Assembly (NCBI GenBank): GCA_045634865.1 | Contig: JAZRBB010000002.1 | Coordinates: 129,645 to 193,644, forward strand | DNA: 64,000 bases | Source of the DNA: Candidatus Enterousia sp. | GTDB lineage: Bacteria > Pseudomonadota > Alphaproteobacteria > Rs-D84 | Direction: 5' to 3' | Part shown: piece after piece, positions 62,926 through 64,000 of the stretch | Layout of the letters: every line of letters begins with the position of its first letter | Numbering within the stretch: position 1 is the first letter of the stretch | Notes under the pieces: model-generated | What the model saw: only the letters and a program-made list of their open reading frames with translations | Databases searched by the model: none | What the model was told of the DNA's origin: nothing | Translations under genes and position numbers: made by a program

Positions 62926-63672
62926 CTACATAACTTTGCCCTTGCTGGGATAGAAAGTTAAACTGATATCTTTCCATGCATCATATTCATTACGTGGCAA
63001 CATTGAAAACGGCTGACAAATACGAATCGCTTCTTTGACAGTATCCAACACATAAGCAAAAGCAGAATCCGTTTGCGCACGCGATTCTGATTCATACCAT
63101 ATTTTATCAATTACACCGGTCGGCAACATTTTCAAATGCGCAGTCAAACGAATATCTTCTATGTCTGGATATTCCGTATCTATATTCCAACAACGCGTCA
63201 AAGCAACACGCAACGCATCAATTACCGATATCGTTATAGTCCTGTCCAAAGACAAAACCTCACGCTTTACTTTTACCACTGTTTTTTTGCGCGGCACAGG
63301 GGTTGGCTCCGGCTTTTTCACATCTTTTTTAGGCGTTTCTTCTTTTGTTAAATCTTTACTTTCATTTTCAACCATAGTCGGTTGTTTTAACATAACTTTT
63401 TCAGTTTTTGTATATTGTTTTACAAACTCTTTTTTCTGGGGTTTTGCCCCTTCTTTTGCTGGTTCCGTTGTTGTGTTTTGCAACTTGGTTTCATTGCCGG
63501 TTATTTTGACGTTTTCCAAATCCAATTCTATAATTTCAATACGATTTGGCGCAACATTTTTTGCGCGTTCAACCACCACCGACAAAGACAATGTTATGAT
63601 AGCAAACAAAACCAGATGCCCAAAAACAGACATCAAAAAATTTTCACTTTCAAATTGCTTTTTTATAATCAT
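62926..63672 (-). CDS. tolA: TolA-like cell envelope protein
   Basis: N-terminal S...H TM helix, Lys/Glu/Pro-rich linker, RCWN...AIR.CQPF..LP..Y..W C-terminal domain; downstream of tolR. Confidence 0.7.
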   Translation of the reverse strand: MIIKKQFESENFLMSVFGHLVLFAIITLSLSVVVERAKNVAPNRIEIIELDLENVKITGNETKLQNTTTEPAKEGAKPQKKEFVKQYTKTEKVMLKQPTMVENESKDLTKEETPKKDVKKPEPTPVPRKKTVVKVKREVLSLDRTITISVIDALRVALTRCWNIDTEYPDIEDIRLTAHLKMLPTGVIDKIWYESESRAQTDSAFAYVLDTVKEAIRICQPFSMLPRNEYDAWKDISLTFYPSKGKVM

Positions 63673-64000
63673 TGTTTGTTATCAATCTGTGTCCTGAGCC
63701 CAACACGTTGGAAACCAACATCCTTTAACCGCCCCATAACTGTCATCACCGCGCCATAATCAGCATGTGTATCACCACTTAATGTAATTGCAAGATTTGG
63801 ATTTTCGCCACGCATAGCCACAGCACGCTTTACAACATCATCAATCGACATTTTTGTGTCCAACAAATAATAATTCCCAAGTGAATCGACAGAGATTTGA
63901 ATCGCACGATCATTACCCGTCATCACCGATGTTCCAGCACGTGGTAAATCTATATCAATCCCAGCCGTCATCATAGGCGTCGTCACCATAAACACCGCCA
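63669..64000 (-). CDS. tolR: TolR/ExbD biopolymer transport protein (5' part outside window)
   Basis: VFMVTTPM, IDLP, GD..ADYGAVMTVMGRL..GF..VGL. Confidence 0.88.
   Translation of the reverse strand, partial: AVFMVTTPMMTAGIDIDLPRAGTSVMTGNDRAIQISVDSLGNYYLLDTKMSIDDVVKRAVAMRGENPNLAITLSGDTHADYGAVMTVMGRLKDVGFQRVGLRTQIDNKQ

Overview
AT-rich bacterial chromosome segment. The gene set (TrcR/DUF1013, TipN-like, DUF2155, AddA, alpha-type LysM protein) points to a genome-reduced alphaproteobacterium; this assignment is inferred. Most of the window is housekeeping: cysS, rpoD, addA, recN, xseA, tsaD, rpsP-rimM-trmD-rplS, tRNA-Gly(CCC), pfkA, dnaK, rplY, rsmD, tadA, gpmI, rsmH, dnaE, secA, rnpB and tolR-tolA. 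Small accessory genes are interspersed. The main candidate for a new system is a 17-kb, three-gene secreted-protein cluster (45035-61954). Its products carry complementary halves of a split InlB-B-repeat-like domain at their termini, in the pattern expected for tip / self-polymerising shaft / base subunits of a strand-complemented, possibly disulfide-linked surface fibre. Other observations worth checking are a protein of ten tandem Xis/MerR-like winged-helix repeats, a Cys-Cys leader-peptide attenuator before cysS, a structured attenuator-like leader before a PAP2 gene, a tRNA-3'-end-duplicating mini-element, a split AddA and a reduced RNase P RNA. All calls come from reading motifs by eye; no database searches were run.
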